DNA of 64,000 bases, taken from the NCBI GenBank assembly GCA_030390025.1, contig CM059432.1, forward strand, positions 117,802,001 through 117,866,000, written 5' to 3'. The notes below the pieces were generated by a model, which was given only the letters and a program-made list of their open reading frames with translations, was not told the origin of the DNA and did no database searches. Source of the stretch: Squalus acanthias. Taxonomy: Eukaryota. Below are positions 1-11,852 of this stretch, piece after piece (position 1 is the first letter of the stretch; each line of letters begins with the position of its first letter). Made by a program: the position numbers and the translations under genes.

Positions 1-397
1 CTCGGAGTGGCTACAGGACATTTTGGAGGGGGAGGGTGAACAGTCAGTTGTCATGGTGCACATAGGCATCAACGATATAGGTAAAAAACGGGATGAGGTC
101 CTAAAAGCAGAATATAGGAAGCTAGGAGGTAAAATAAAAAATAGGACCTCAAAGGTAGTAATCTCAGGATTGCTACCAGTGCCACGTGCTAGTCAGAGTA
201 GAAATAGGAGGATATTTCAAATGAATACGTGGCTAGAGGAATGGTGCAAGGGGGAGGGATTCAAATTCCTTGGACATTGGATCCGGTTCTGGGGGAGGTG
301 GGACCAGTACAAACGGGACGACCTGCACCTGGGCAGGGCTGGGACCGATGTCCTAGGGGGAGTGTTTGCTAGTGCTGTTAGGGAGGGTTTAAACTAA
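1..397 (+). pseudogene. CR1 ORF1 C-terminus, SGNH/GDSL esterase-like domain
   Basis: VHIGINDI (GxND-like block) and DDLHL (DxxH block) motifs directly upstream of ORF2, as in CR1 ORF1 proteins. Confidence 0.85.
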
Positions 398-519
398 AGT
401 GGCAGGGATTTGGGAACCTGAGCAGGGAGACAGAGGAAAGGGAAACAAGGATAAAAGCAAAAGAGAGGAAGGAGGAAAACAAAAGTAGAAGACAAAGAAC
501 TCAACGGTTTAAATCAAAC

Positions 520-3381
520 ATGGTCACAGTAATTAATAATTCATATAGGTCTGAGAGCGTTAAAAAAACAAGCCTGAATGCTTTGTGTCTTAATGCAAGG
601 AGCATTCGGAACAAGGTGGATGAATTAGCTGCGCAAATAGAGATAAATGAATATGATTTGATTGGGATTACAGAAGCATGGCTCCAGGGTGGCCAAGGCT
701 GGGAACTCAACATCCAGGGGTATTCAATATTTAGGAAAGATAGGCAAAAAAGAAAGGGAGGTGGGGTAGCATTGCTGGTTAAAGAGGGGATTAACAACAA
801 TTGAAAGGAAGGATATTAGCTCTGATGATGCGGAATCTGTATGGGTAGAACTGAGAAATAACAAGGGGCAGAAAACATTAGTGGGAGTGGTATATAGACC
901 TCCAAACAGTAATGCGGAGGTTGGGGACGGCATTAAAAGGGAAATTAGAGAAGCATGCAGTAAGGGCACAGCAGTCATCATGGTGACTTTAATTTACATA
1001 TAGATTGGGCTAACCAAATTAGTAAAAATACTGTGAAGGAGGAATTCCTAGAATGTTTACGGGATGGTTTTCTGGAACAATATGTTGAGGAACCAACCAG
1101 AGATCAGGCCATCTTAGACTGGGCATTATGTAACGAGAAAGGATTAATGAGCAATATTGTTGTCCGAGGCCCCTTGGGTCAGAGTGATCATAATATGATA
1201 GAATTCTTCATTAGGATGGAGAGTGAAGTAGTTGAATCAGAGACTAGGGTCCTGAATTTAAATCAAGGAAACTACGATGGTATGAGGCGCGAATTGGGTA
1301 GGATTGATTGGGGAATGTCACTCAAAGGGTTGATGGTGGATAGGCAACGGCAAACATTCAAAGACTGCATGGATGAACTACAGAATTTGTTCATCCCAGT
1401 GTGGCATAAGAATAAAACAAAAAGGGTGACTCAACCATGGCTAACAAGGGAAATTAGGGATAGCATAAGATCCAAGGAGAGGGCATATAAATTGGCCAGA
1501 AAAAGCAGTAACCCTGAGGATTGGGAACAGTTTAGGATTCAACAAAGGAGGACAAAGGGATTAATTAAGAAGGGGAAAATAGAATATGAAAGTAAGCTTG
1601 CAGGGAACATAAAAACTGACTGTAAGAGCGTTTATAGATATGTGAAGAGAAAAAGATTAGTGAAATCAAGTATAGGTCCCTTGCAGTCAGAAGCAGGGGA
1701 AGTTATAATGGGGAACAAAGAAATGGCAGGCCAATTAAATGCATATTTTGGATCTGTCTTCACAAAGGAGGACATAAATAACCTCCCAGAGATGTTGGAG
1801 AACGTAGGGTCTGATGAAAGGGAGGAACTGAAAAAAATCAGTATTTGCAGGGAAATGGTGTTAGGGAAATTGATGGGATTGAAGGCCGATAAATCCCCCG
1901 GGCCTGATAATCTACATCCTAGGGTACTTAAGGAAGTGGCCCTAGAAATAGTAGATGCATTGCTGATCATCTTCCAACATTCGATGGAATCTGGAACTGT
2001 ACCCATGGATTGGAGGGTAGCTAATGTTACCCCACTATTCAAAAAGGGTGGTAGAGAGAAAGCGGGGAATTACAGACCGGTAAGCCTGACATCGGTAGTG
2101 GGGAAAATGCTAGAGTCCATTATAAAGGATGTAATAGCTGAGCACTTGAAAAACAGTGACAGGATCGGACAAAGTCAACATGGATTTACAAAAGGTAAAT
2201 CGTGCTTGACTAATCTACTGGAATTTTTTGAGTATGTAACTGGGAAAATAGATAAGGGAGAACCAGTAGATGTGGTGTATTTGGACTTTCAAAAGGCTTT
2301 CGATAAGGTCCCGCATAAGAGGTTAGCGTGTAAAGTTAAGGCACATGGGATTGGGGGAAAGGTATTGACTTGGATAGAGAACTGGTTGGCGGACAGAAAG
2401 CAGAGAGTAGGAATTAATGGGTCTTTTTCCGAGTGGCAGACAGTGACTAGTGGGGTACCGCAGGGATCGATCCTTGGACCCCAGCTATTCACAATATACA
2501 TTAATGATCTAGATAAGGGAACTAAATGTAATATCTCCAAGTTTGCAGATGACACAAAGCTGGGTGGGCGTGTGTACTGCGAGGAGGATACCGAGAAACT
2601 CCAAGATGATTTGGACAGGTTGGGTGAGTGGGCAGAAGCGTGGCAGATGCAATATAATGTGGATAAATGCGAGGTTATCCACTTTGGTGTCAAAAACAGA
2701 AAGGCAGACTATTATCTGAATGGCAATAGATTGGGAGAAGGGGAAGTGCAACGAGACCTGGGTGTCCTTGTGCACCAGTCGCTGAAGGTAAGCATGCAGA
2801 TGCAGCAGGTGGTGAAGAAGGCAAATGGTATGTTGGCCTTCATAGCTAAAAGGTTTGAGTATAGGAACAGGGATGTCCTGCTGCAGTTGTACAGGGCCTT
2901 GGTGAGACCACACCTTGAGTACTGTGTGCAGTTTTGGTCACCTTATCTGAGGAAGGATGTTCTTGCCATGGAAGGAGTTCAGCGAAGATTCACAAGGCTG
3001 ATACCTGGGATGGCAGGAATGACATATGAGGAGAGATTGGGTCAATTGGGCTTATACTCGCTGGAGTATAGAAGAATGAGAGGGGATCTCATCGAAACAT
3101 ATAAAATTCTGACAGGTCTGGACAGACTAGATGCAGGAAGAATGTTCCCGATGGTCGGAGAGTCCAGAACCAGTGGTCATAATCTAAGGATAACGGGTAA
3201 GCCATTTAGGACAGAAATGAGGAAGAATTTCTTCACCCAGAGAGTGGTGAACCTGTGGAATTCTCTACCACAGAAGGTAGTTGAGGCCAAGTCATTAAAT
3301 ATATTCAAGAATGAGTTAGATATATTTCTTAAAGCTAAAGGTATCAAGGGATATGGGGAGAAAGCAGGTACAGGGTACTGA
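520..3381 (+). pseudogene. CR1 ORF2 (APE endonuclease plus reverse transcriptase), frameshifted near 800 and 982
   Basis: LNARSI, GITEAW, YRPP and SDH endonuclease motifs; KSPGPD, NYRPVSL, DFQKAFD, GVPQGS and FADD RT motifs; 782-aa open C-terminal part. Confidence 0.93.
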
Positions 3382-3722
3382 GTTTGGATGATCAGCCATG
3401 ATCTCAGCGAATGGCGGAGCATGCTCGAGGGGCCGAATGGCCTACTCCTGCTCCTATCTTCTATTTTTCTATGTTTCGAACTGAGATACGCCATGATTTC
3501 TGATCCGCCGTAACTCAGTAGACCATTTACACTATTCCGCCGATAGGCTCACCGTAGCCATTTAAATTCTTTTAAGCCATTCAGGCCACCGTTCAAGTCA
3601 ATGGCGATCATGAATTTGCTGGAATTGTGCCATTATTCCACATTAATGGTGCCGCAGCAACTTAAGGCTAGAAATTAGTTGCGTGGGTGACCTATTATTA
3701 CGTGATTTATGGCCTTCACATT

Positions 3723-3887
3723 GAATGTTCCCTTTAGGCTGCACGGCCACGCAGCACTCTGGAGTTCCCGCGCAGCCGGCTCACTGGCTTTTAAATGGAA
3801 AAAAACGCGTATGCACGGAATTTTGAATGGGCATGCAGCTCGTTAAAGGAGCTGCGTCTGACCCCCGCAGAATTAGAGGGAACATTG
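3723..3887. mobile_element. Short hAT-like MITE
   Basis: TIRs GAATGTTCCCTTTA and TAGAGGGAACATTG, flanked by an 8-bp near-duplication TTCACATT/TTCACATG. Confidence 0.65.
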
Positions 3888-4172
3888 TTCACATGACTCT
3901 TAACCTGAGAGGCCAACAAATGGACCATTGCAGCCATGGATTCTCACTCTAGCAGCCTGGAAATTATTCTTAGAGGTTTTTATTCTTTTTATCTGTCTTG
4001 GCAGTCCTTTCTTGCCAGTCTTGCCATCCAGTGCCCTGTTAGTGTTGGAAAGCAATAATTTTCAGTACTCAAAGCCCTTTCTACACTCGTAAGAGGGTGA
4101 AAGCATTGCAATGGCCTATCCATTGGGCCTTCCACTGCTTCTGATCATAATGGACCAGGAAGAGGAGCAGAG

Positions 4173-4630
4173 AAAGAAAGGAAGCAAGAATTGCATTTAT
4201 ATAGCGCCTTTCATGACCACAGACCGTCCCAAAGTACTTTACAGCCAATTAAGTACTTTTTAAGTGTAATGTTGGAAATGCGGCAGCCAATTTGCACACA
4301 GCAAACTCCCACAACCAATGTGATACTGACCAGATAATCTGTTTTAATCATGTTGATTGAAGGATAAATATTGGCCAGGACACCAGAAGACATAACTCCT
4401 CTGCTCTTCTTCGAAATAGTGTCATGGGATATTTTACATCCACCTGAGAGAGCAGACGGGGGCCTTGGTTGAAAGTCTCATCCGAAAGACGGCACCTCCA
4501 ACAGTGCAGCACTCCCTCAGCACTGCACTGGAGTGTCAGCCTAGATTTCTGCTCAAGTCTTCTGGAGTGGGACTTCAACCCACAACCTTCTGACTCAGAG
4601 GCAAGGGCGCTACCAACTGACCCACTGGCT
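4173..4630 (-). mobile_element. tRNA-derived SINE (DeuSINE/SacSINE1-like) with L2-type tail
   Basis: Minus-strand A/B-box head, core shared with the copies at 31108 and 48015, 3' AGGCGCTATATAAATGCAA plus a TTTC-rich tail. Confidence 0.85.
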
Positions 4631-4726
4631 GATACAGTGCATGCCTGAGGGAGCAGGCATGTCGAGTGAGGCACCATGACCGAAGGCTGAGCAGATCTGG
4701 GAGTGACTGTCTTTTGAGACATTGTG

Positions 4727-5044
4727 TGGAGATGCCGTGACATCATGGCTGGTCTTCCCAGGTGTTTTTTTTTAAAAAAGACTAACACAAGAACCTACAC
4801 AGATTGACAGGATATGCAGCCAGCAGGTGGTTTGACACGTTGGACCCCCTGGGACACATCTCATTGTCTTGGCTGTGCTCTTTGATGTAGGAAAGATTTG
4901 AATATATTTTGTCTGTGCTTAAATTGTGAATTCTGGGAGATTCTCTCACTGCTAACTTACCTGACGAAGGAGCGAACTGTTCCGAAAGCTTGTAAAATTA
5001 AATAAATCTGTTGGACTATAACCTGGTGTTGTGCGACTTCTCAT
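4727..5044 (+). mobile_element. Short Penelope-like insertion with minimal hammerhead motif
   Basis: Shares its termini with the copies at 36767 and 57428; flanked by duplicated TTTTGAGACATTGTG (4712-4726 and 5045-5059); CTGACGA...GAAAGCTT core at 4957-4995. Confidence 0.65.
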
Positions 5045-5159
5045 TTTTGAGACATTGTGAGAGGAGCACTGTGTACGCAGACTGCCATTCAATGAAGAAA
5101 CAATTGGCTACCTGAGGACCCGAAGCCATGGTCCATCATCCCCACAGTCTTGTCAGTGG

Positions 5160-5690
5160 TTATGAAGATGAGGAGAGCCTTCCCTATCTATGGATGTGGT
5201 TCCTTTGGGGAAGACACTGGAGACCTCTGTAACATCAGCCAAAGAGCCGTGAGGTCCTGCATTCATGGGGCATTCGACCTTATCAAGTGCGACGTGTCTC
5301 CAGCGCATCAGATCCATCAATTTTTATAGGACTGCTGGCTTTCCCAAGGTGCAGGGGGTCATAGATGGCACCCACATGCCGCTGAAGGCTCCACTTGATG
5401 ATCAATAAGAATAGGAAATGTCCTATTGCGATGCCCAAGTGTGCATACTGCATGTAAATGCACAGCATCAGGGAAGCACTCACGATGCCTTTGCTCTTGG
5501 TCACTGCTCCATGACTTGTTCAGCAGGGAGGCACAAGGGGAAGGATGGATTGTAGGAGTCAAGGTATATCCATCAAAGCCATGGCTGATGGCACCCTTCC
5601 GCATCACCAGCAATGCAGCACAGGAAAGGTACAACCGTGCACATGTGTCCATGCGACAAGAGGTGGAGAGGACAATCTCGGTGCTCAAAT
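5160..5690 (+). pseudogene. Decayed PIF/Harbinger (HARBI1-like DDE) transposase
   Basis: AGFPKVQGVIDGTH, GSTHDA and KPWLMAPFR...QERYNRAH...VERTISVLKS motifs spread across frameshifts. Confidence 0.85.
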
Positions 5691-5867
5691 CACACAATCT
5701 GGTCCGGAATAGAGTCAGGAAGTCCGGAATATCTCTTTGGAATGATTCCTCATGGTGGTGCAAATATACAGGACAGGCAAGACTGAAACTCAAACAATGG
5801 AACTTTTATTCAGTGCGACAGTGCATAAACACAATCGGCAACGAACTACATCAATGTAAACGCAGAT

Positions 5868-7777
5868 GAGAAAAACTGTAAAAAAAAACAGAAAAAATGT
5901 AAACTTTCTAGCAAGCCTGAGGATTGGGAGCAGTTTAGAGTTCAGCAAAAAAGGACCAAGAGATTGATTAAGAGGGGAAAAATAGGGTAAGAGAGTAAAC
6001 TTGCAAGAAACATAAAAGCGGATTGTTAAAGCTTTATAATGGGGAACAAGGAAATAGCAGAGCAATTAAACAAATACTTTGGTTCTGTCTTCACGGAAGA
6101 GGACACAAAAAACTTCGCAGAAATGCTAGGGAACCAAGGGTCCAGTGAGGAGGAGGAATTAAAGGAAATTAGTATTAGTAAAAAAATAGTGCTGGAGAAA
6201 TTAATGGGACTGAAAGCCAATAAATCCCCAGGGCCTGATAATCTGCATCCCAGAGTACTAAAAGAGGTAGCCATGGAAATAGTGGATGCATTGGTTGTCA
6301 TCTTCCAAAATTCTATAGATTATGGAACAGTTCCTGAAGATTGGAGGGTGGCAAATGTAACCCCACTATTTAAAAAAGGAGGGAGAGAAAAAACAGGGAA
6401 CTACAGGCCGGTTAGCCTAACATCAGTAGTAGGGAAAATACTAGAGTCTATTATAAAGGATGTGATAACAGGACACTTCGGAAATATCAACGGGATTAAA
6501 CAAAGTCAACATGGATTTATGAAAGGAAAATCGTGTTTGACAAACCTACTGGAGTTTTTTGAGGATGTAACTGGTAGAATAGACAAGAGAGAACCAGTGG
6601 ATGTGGTGTATTTGGATTTTCAGAAGGCCCCCATAAGAGGTTAGTGTGCAAAATTAAAGCACATAGGATTGGGGGTAATATACTGGCATGGATTGAAAAT
6701 TGGTTAACAGATAGGAAACAGAGAGTAGGAATAAATGGGTCTTTTTCAGGGTGGCAGGTGGTGACTAGTGGGGTACCGCAGGGATCAGTGCTTGGACCCC
6801 AGCTATTCACAAGAAATATCAATGATTTGGATGAGGGAACCAAATGTAATATTTTCAAGTTTGCTGACGACACAAAACTAGGTGGGATTGTGAGTTGTGA
6901 GGAGGATGCAAAGAGGCTTCAAGGCGATTTAGACAAGTTGAGTGAGTGGGCAAATACATGGCAGATGCAGTATAACGTGGATAAATGTGAAGTTATCCAC
7001 TTCGGTAGGAAAAACAGAAAGGCAGAGTATTATTTAAATGGTGATAGATTGGGAAATGTTGATGTACAAAGGGACCTGGGTGTCCTTGTACACCAGTCAC
7101 TGAAAGCAAACATGCAGGTGCAGCAAACAGTTAGGAAGGCAAATGGCATGTTGGCCTTCATTGCAAGAGGATTTGAGTACAGGAGCAAGGATGTCTTACT
7201 ACAGTTATACAGGACCTTGGTGAGACCACACCTGGAGTACTGCATGCAGTTTTGGTCTCCTTACCTAAGAAAGGATATACTTACCATAGAGGGAGTGCAG
7301 CGAAGGTTCACCTGACTGATTCCTGGGATGGCAGGACTGTCATATGAGGAGAGATTGGGTCGACTAGGCCTGTATTCACTAGAGTTTAGAAGAATAAGAG
7401 GGGATCTCGTGGAAACGGATAAAATTCTGATAGGGCTAGACAGACTGGATGCAGGGAGAATGTTTCCCCTGGCTGGGGCGTCTAGAACGAGGGGTCACAG
7501 TCTCAGGATACGGGGTAGGACATTTAGGACTGAGATGAGGATAAATTTCTTCACTCAGAGTGTGGTGAACCTGTGGAATTCTCTACCACAGAAGGCTGTG
7601 GAGGCCAGGTCACTGAATATATTTAAGAAGGAGATAGATAGATTTCTAGACAGAAAAGGGATCAAGGGGTATGGGGAGAGAGCGGGAATATGGTATTGAG
7701 ATAGAGGATCAGCCATGATCATATTGAATGGCTGAATGGCCTACTCCTGCTCCTTTGTTCTATATTTCTATGTTTCT
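5868..7777 (+). mobile_element. 5'-truncated CR1 LINE with disrupted ORF2 RT
   Basis: ORF fragments 6039-6644, 6644-7315 and 7328-7699 carry CR1 RT motifs; CR1 3' UTR and tail follow. Confidence 0.93.
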
Positions 7778-7841
7778 AAAAAGAATTAACAAACAGGTAG
7801 TTCATATTTTTTTATAAAGTGCAAACATTTTTAAATTCCAT

Positions 7842-8593
7842 GGGGTAAAAATTGAGTCGCGCCCCATTTGGGGCGCTAACCTCGCCGGGGCGCGACTTTT
7901 AGCGCCCCGAAAAAATTAGCGGCCCCGTGCCGGAACTTCAGTGGTTGCGCCCCAAGAGGGAAGCGGGGTGCAACTGGAAGCACCCCGCATCCCTCTTGGG
8001 GCGCTGCGAGTGAATATCCTGGCGCTGCGGCACGTCGCGCCGCGGTATTGCAGGCCTTCCTCCCCTTCTTAAAGGGGAGGGACCCTGCACAGCGCGAACC
8101 GGGGCCCAGCTGGGCTCCCAGGGATCGGGAGTGCCGGCAAAAGAGCCCGGCACTCAAGAGAAGTGCCGGGCTCTTGGAGCGCAGCCGGCACTTCACGGTG
8201 GGGGGGCTTCACGGGGGCCGGGGACAGCAACGGGGGCAGGTGCTGGCAGGCGGCCAGCAACAAAAATGGCCGCCTGCCACCTCCCCTTTAAATATCGCCG
8301 CCCCGGCCGCACGTACGCCTCCCTGAACCCGTCGGACATAGCGTCTGGCGGTAAATCAGGGGGCGCGACTGAAGATCACGGCCGGGGCGCGAGCGGGGTG
8401 CTGCGCACGGCGATGACGTCATCGCCGGCGGCGCAGCACCACAGGGCGCTACCGGCTGCCGCCGCCGCTAACCTCCCACTAAATTTTTCGGGAGGCGTGG
8501 GCGGCGCTGCGCCCGGGCGTTAGCTGCTTTACGCCCCATTAGCGCCCTCTTAAGGCGCTAACGGGAGGCGCAAGCAGCTGAATTTTTCCCCCC
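7842..8593. mobile_element. GC-rich Harbinger-type MITE
   Basis: Ends GGGGTAAAAATT and AATTTTTCCCCCC with ATG on both flanks; body similar to the element split at 33381-35852. Confidence 0.65.
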
Positions 8594-10227
8594 ATGTCTT
8601 TGTTAACAGTGGTGAGCAAATATTTTATAATGAGCATGTATACATCACAGCCTGTCAACTAGGCAGAAGTTGTCAATTGAAAAGTAGTGGTTAGTTTTAT
8701 AAGTCATGCAAAATTTCTCATAACAACACTTTTAAATGTAAATTTGTTCAACATTATTAAACTATTTCAAACTAGCAAAAAGAATATTAATTAACAACAC
8801 AACAGAAACAAGAATGCAGCAACAGCAACATCATCAACAACAAGAACAACTATAAAGACTGAGCGGGAGGAGGTTGACTTTGCATGAGAGGGTCAACCTA
8901 TTCCTTCATACACCTGCACACGAACCCTTTTGACAAGGGCACAGCCTCTCCTCCCCACATGTCGGTCGGGATCAGGGAGTTGGGTTGCGATTGTTGCTCC
9001 AAGGGGACGGGGGAGTGGGTGTGCTGTGATTACTGACAGCTGTGATGGGCCAGCCACTGGCTGCATCATTTGGAGGATCATCCTCAGCAGCTGGGTCCTT
9101 TCGTGTCTGGCACAAAACCTGGGGGTGGAATGAGGTTCAGCCTTACTGCTCGTCAGCAGCATGTCCTTCATGTTCCTGGGCTGTCACCACAGTGGGCGTT
9201 ACTGAAAGGGGGTCCTGGGCATCAGCTGTACAACTGTACAACAACCTGGCATAGATTGTCCAGCTTCTAACTTACCGTGAGCAACCCGCCAATCAGGAGC
9301 GTCATCTGGTGATCGATGGACCCAAGATGTGGGAGATGCACCGGAATCATCCACCTTCGCTGTCACTGTATTCCTGCTCCCAGTCATCCTCACACTGGGC
9401 CCAACGTATACCCTGCCTTACAGGGGACCAGGATGCATCTTCCCCAGAGGCGGATGCGTCTCATGCCAAGTGGGGGAGGTCAGGAGTTGGAAAAGAGTGT
9501 GGGCTCCCAGGGGGTGTGCAGAGAAATTGACCGTGGTCAAGGGTCCCCTCCACATTAGAACCCTAATGGTGCAGCGTGGGGTAGGACTGCCCACAACACT
9601 TCTCCCACCCTCCCCCGCTGTCCCCCCCCCCCCCCCCGAGGTTCGCAGCCTCCTCTTCCTCATCCTCCTGCTGGTTCCCCCAATCCTCCTGCCTCAGTGT
9701 CCTCTATAGCCCCCATCTCCTCTGGTTGGTGTGGATCTGTCGAAAAGAAGAACAAAAGGTTACAATGGTGCAGTATGGTCATTTGCAGATCACATTATAG
9801 TCGGCTTCACATTCAATGCACAACATTGAAAACAGGTAATTCACCCCAAGCAGTCTATGCTGGTTCTAACACGCTGCATTAACATCCTCCCACTCTAATT
9901 TCCTTTCCCACCCTGTAGCCACGAGTGGAAATAGGTTTTCAACAAGCAGTTTATCTAATACAAGCATTTCAGAGATCTCCTGCATACCTCCTCTTAGTCT
10001 CATCCATGGGTGGCTCCTGCCCTGGAGACAAAGAAACAAGCTTTGACACTCACCTTGTGGCTCCAACCTTGGCACAGCCCACAGTCGCTGCATTGTGGTA
10101 CCCTTGCAGCTGCAGGGCCCTGTCCATGTGCGAAGTGAGCTGCTTGAGGATGGGTCATTATACGTCTTCCTACATTGATCCCCCATCCGTGGGAGAGACA
10201 AGGTTGCGCTCAGAGTCTGCCTGAGAC

Positions 10228-11210
10228 AGGGGCGAATGTGGGCAATGTTACAGAGGAGGAAGTTGGCAGTCTTTTTAACAGAGAGGATATGGGGTCAGAA
10301 GCTCAGCTCACGGTCGAATAGGATGACGAGATTGCGAACAGTCTGGTTCAACCTGAGACGGTGACCAGGGAGGGGGGTGGAATCAGTGGTGAGATTATGG
10401 AGTATGTGACGGAGTTACAGAGACAATGGCTTTGGTCACCCCAATGTTTAACGAGAGGAAATTTCACTTTATCCAAGATTGTATGTCTGACAAGCAGTCT
10501 GACAACATTGAGGCAGTGGAGGGGTCGAGAGAGGTGGTGCCAAAGTAGATCTAGGTGTTGCCAGTGCACATAAAGGTGATTGGAGTGATTCAAATATGAA
10601 GTTGCAGCAAAGATGGGCACAGAATCGAGAGGCAACAAAAAGCTCAAGGTCTTTGGAGAGGAAAGGGAGTTTGCAGGGTCAGAGGGGTCAAAGGTAGATT
10701 TTTTGAGCTAGGAAATGATGACAGCTGTTTTGAAAGGGAAGGGGACAGTACATGAGGGGAGCAAGCCATTTACAATGTCAGCTAAGATAGGGGCCAGGAT
10801 GAGAAATTGGGTGATCAGCAACTTAGTGGGGTCAAGAGAGCAGAAGGTGGATTGTATACATGGACAAGATGAGCTGAGAGAGGGCATGAGGGGAGATAGA
10901 AGAGAAACTAACAAAAGACTAAGGCAGGGGGGAGCCTGGATTGAGCTTTAGTTTGGTGGGCAAGGGGAAGGGAGGAGGAGCGGGGAACAACAGGTGTAAT
11001 TGAACGGATAGTCTCAATCGCATGACAAAGAAGTCCATGAACTCCTCATGCGTGTTGTTGGAGGAGAGGGTGGAGGGGGCAGGGGTGAGGGATTTAAGTA
11101 GAAGGTTGATAGTGGAAAAAAGAGGCTAGGGGTTATCTTTGCTCTCCAAGATAATTCTGGAGTCGTGAATGGTTTCAGCAGAGAAGAGTGATGTGGTCCA
11201 GCAAGATCTG
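10228..11210 (-). mobile_element. Decayed L2-clade LINE fragments
   Basis: Minus-strand peptides such as CSLDPTKLLITQ...TVPFPFKTAVII, homologous to the L2 pieces at 57985-62945. Confidence 0.7.
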
Positions 11211-11307
11211 GTGATGGATTACTAAACCATTCCTCCATCTCCAGCCTATTGTGTATGCCCCCTCTCTTTGACCCACCATTGGCAGCTGTGCCTTCAGGTG
11301 AACCCAG

Positions 11308-11852
11308 CATGGATTTATGAAAGGAAGGTCATGCCTGACAAACCTGATTGAATTTTTTGAAGAGGTGACTAAAGTAGTGGACAGGGGAATCTCTATGGAT
11401 GTTATTTATATGGACTTCTAGAAGGCATTTGATAAAGTCCCACATAAGAGATTGTTAACTAAGGTAGAAGCCTACGGAATTGAGGGCAAATTATTGACCT
11501 GGTTAGGAAATTGGCTGAGCGGCAGGAGACAGAGAGTAGGGATAATGGGTAGGTACTCAAATCGGCAGGATGTGACTAGTGGTGTCCCACAGGGATCTGT
11601 GTTGGGGCCTCAAATATTCACAGTATTTATTAACGACTTAGATGATGGCATAGAAAGTCATATATCCAAATTTGCTGGTGACACAAAGATAGGTGGAAAT
11701 GTAGGCAGTGTAGATGGAAGCATAAAATTACAAAGGGATATCGACAGATTAAGTGAATGGGCAAAACAGTGGCAAATGGATTTCAATTTAGGCAAATGTG
11801 AGGTCATCCACTTTGGACCTAAAAGGGATAGAACAGGGTACTTTCTAAATGG
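11308..11852 (+). mobile_element. CR1 RT fragment directly abutting the truncated 5' LTR
   Basis: QHGFMKGRSCLTNL, GVPQGSVLGP and KCEVIHFG...YFLNG, then an abrupt switch to LTR sequence. Confidence 0.9.

Larger units (their letters stand above)
1..3477 (+). mobile_element. CR1-clade LINE, nearly full length (5' end lies beyond the window)
   Basis: ORF1 3' end, APE endonuclease-RT ORF2, CR1-type 3' UTR (GGCCGAATGGCCTACTCCTGCTCC) ending in a TTCTATG-type tail. Confidence 0.95.

Noticed and set aside
1632..2913. Antisense ORFs over CR1 ORF2, recurring in other CR1 copies
   Set aside because: Shadow frames of the LINE coding sequence.
7842..8593. GC/CpG-rich stretch with overlapping ORFs as a CpG-island promoter or gene
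   Set aside because: It is bounded by TIRs and similar to another MITE in the window.
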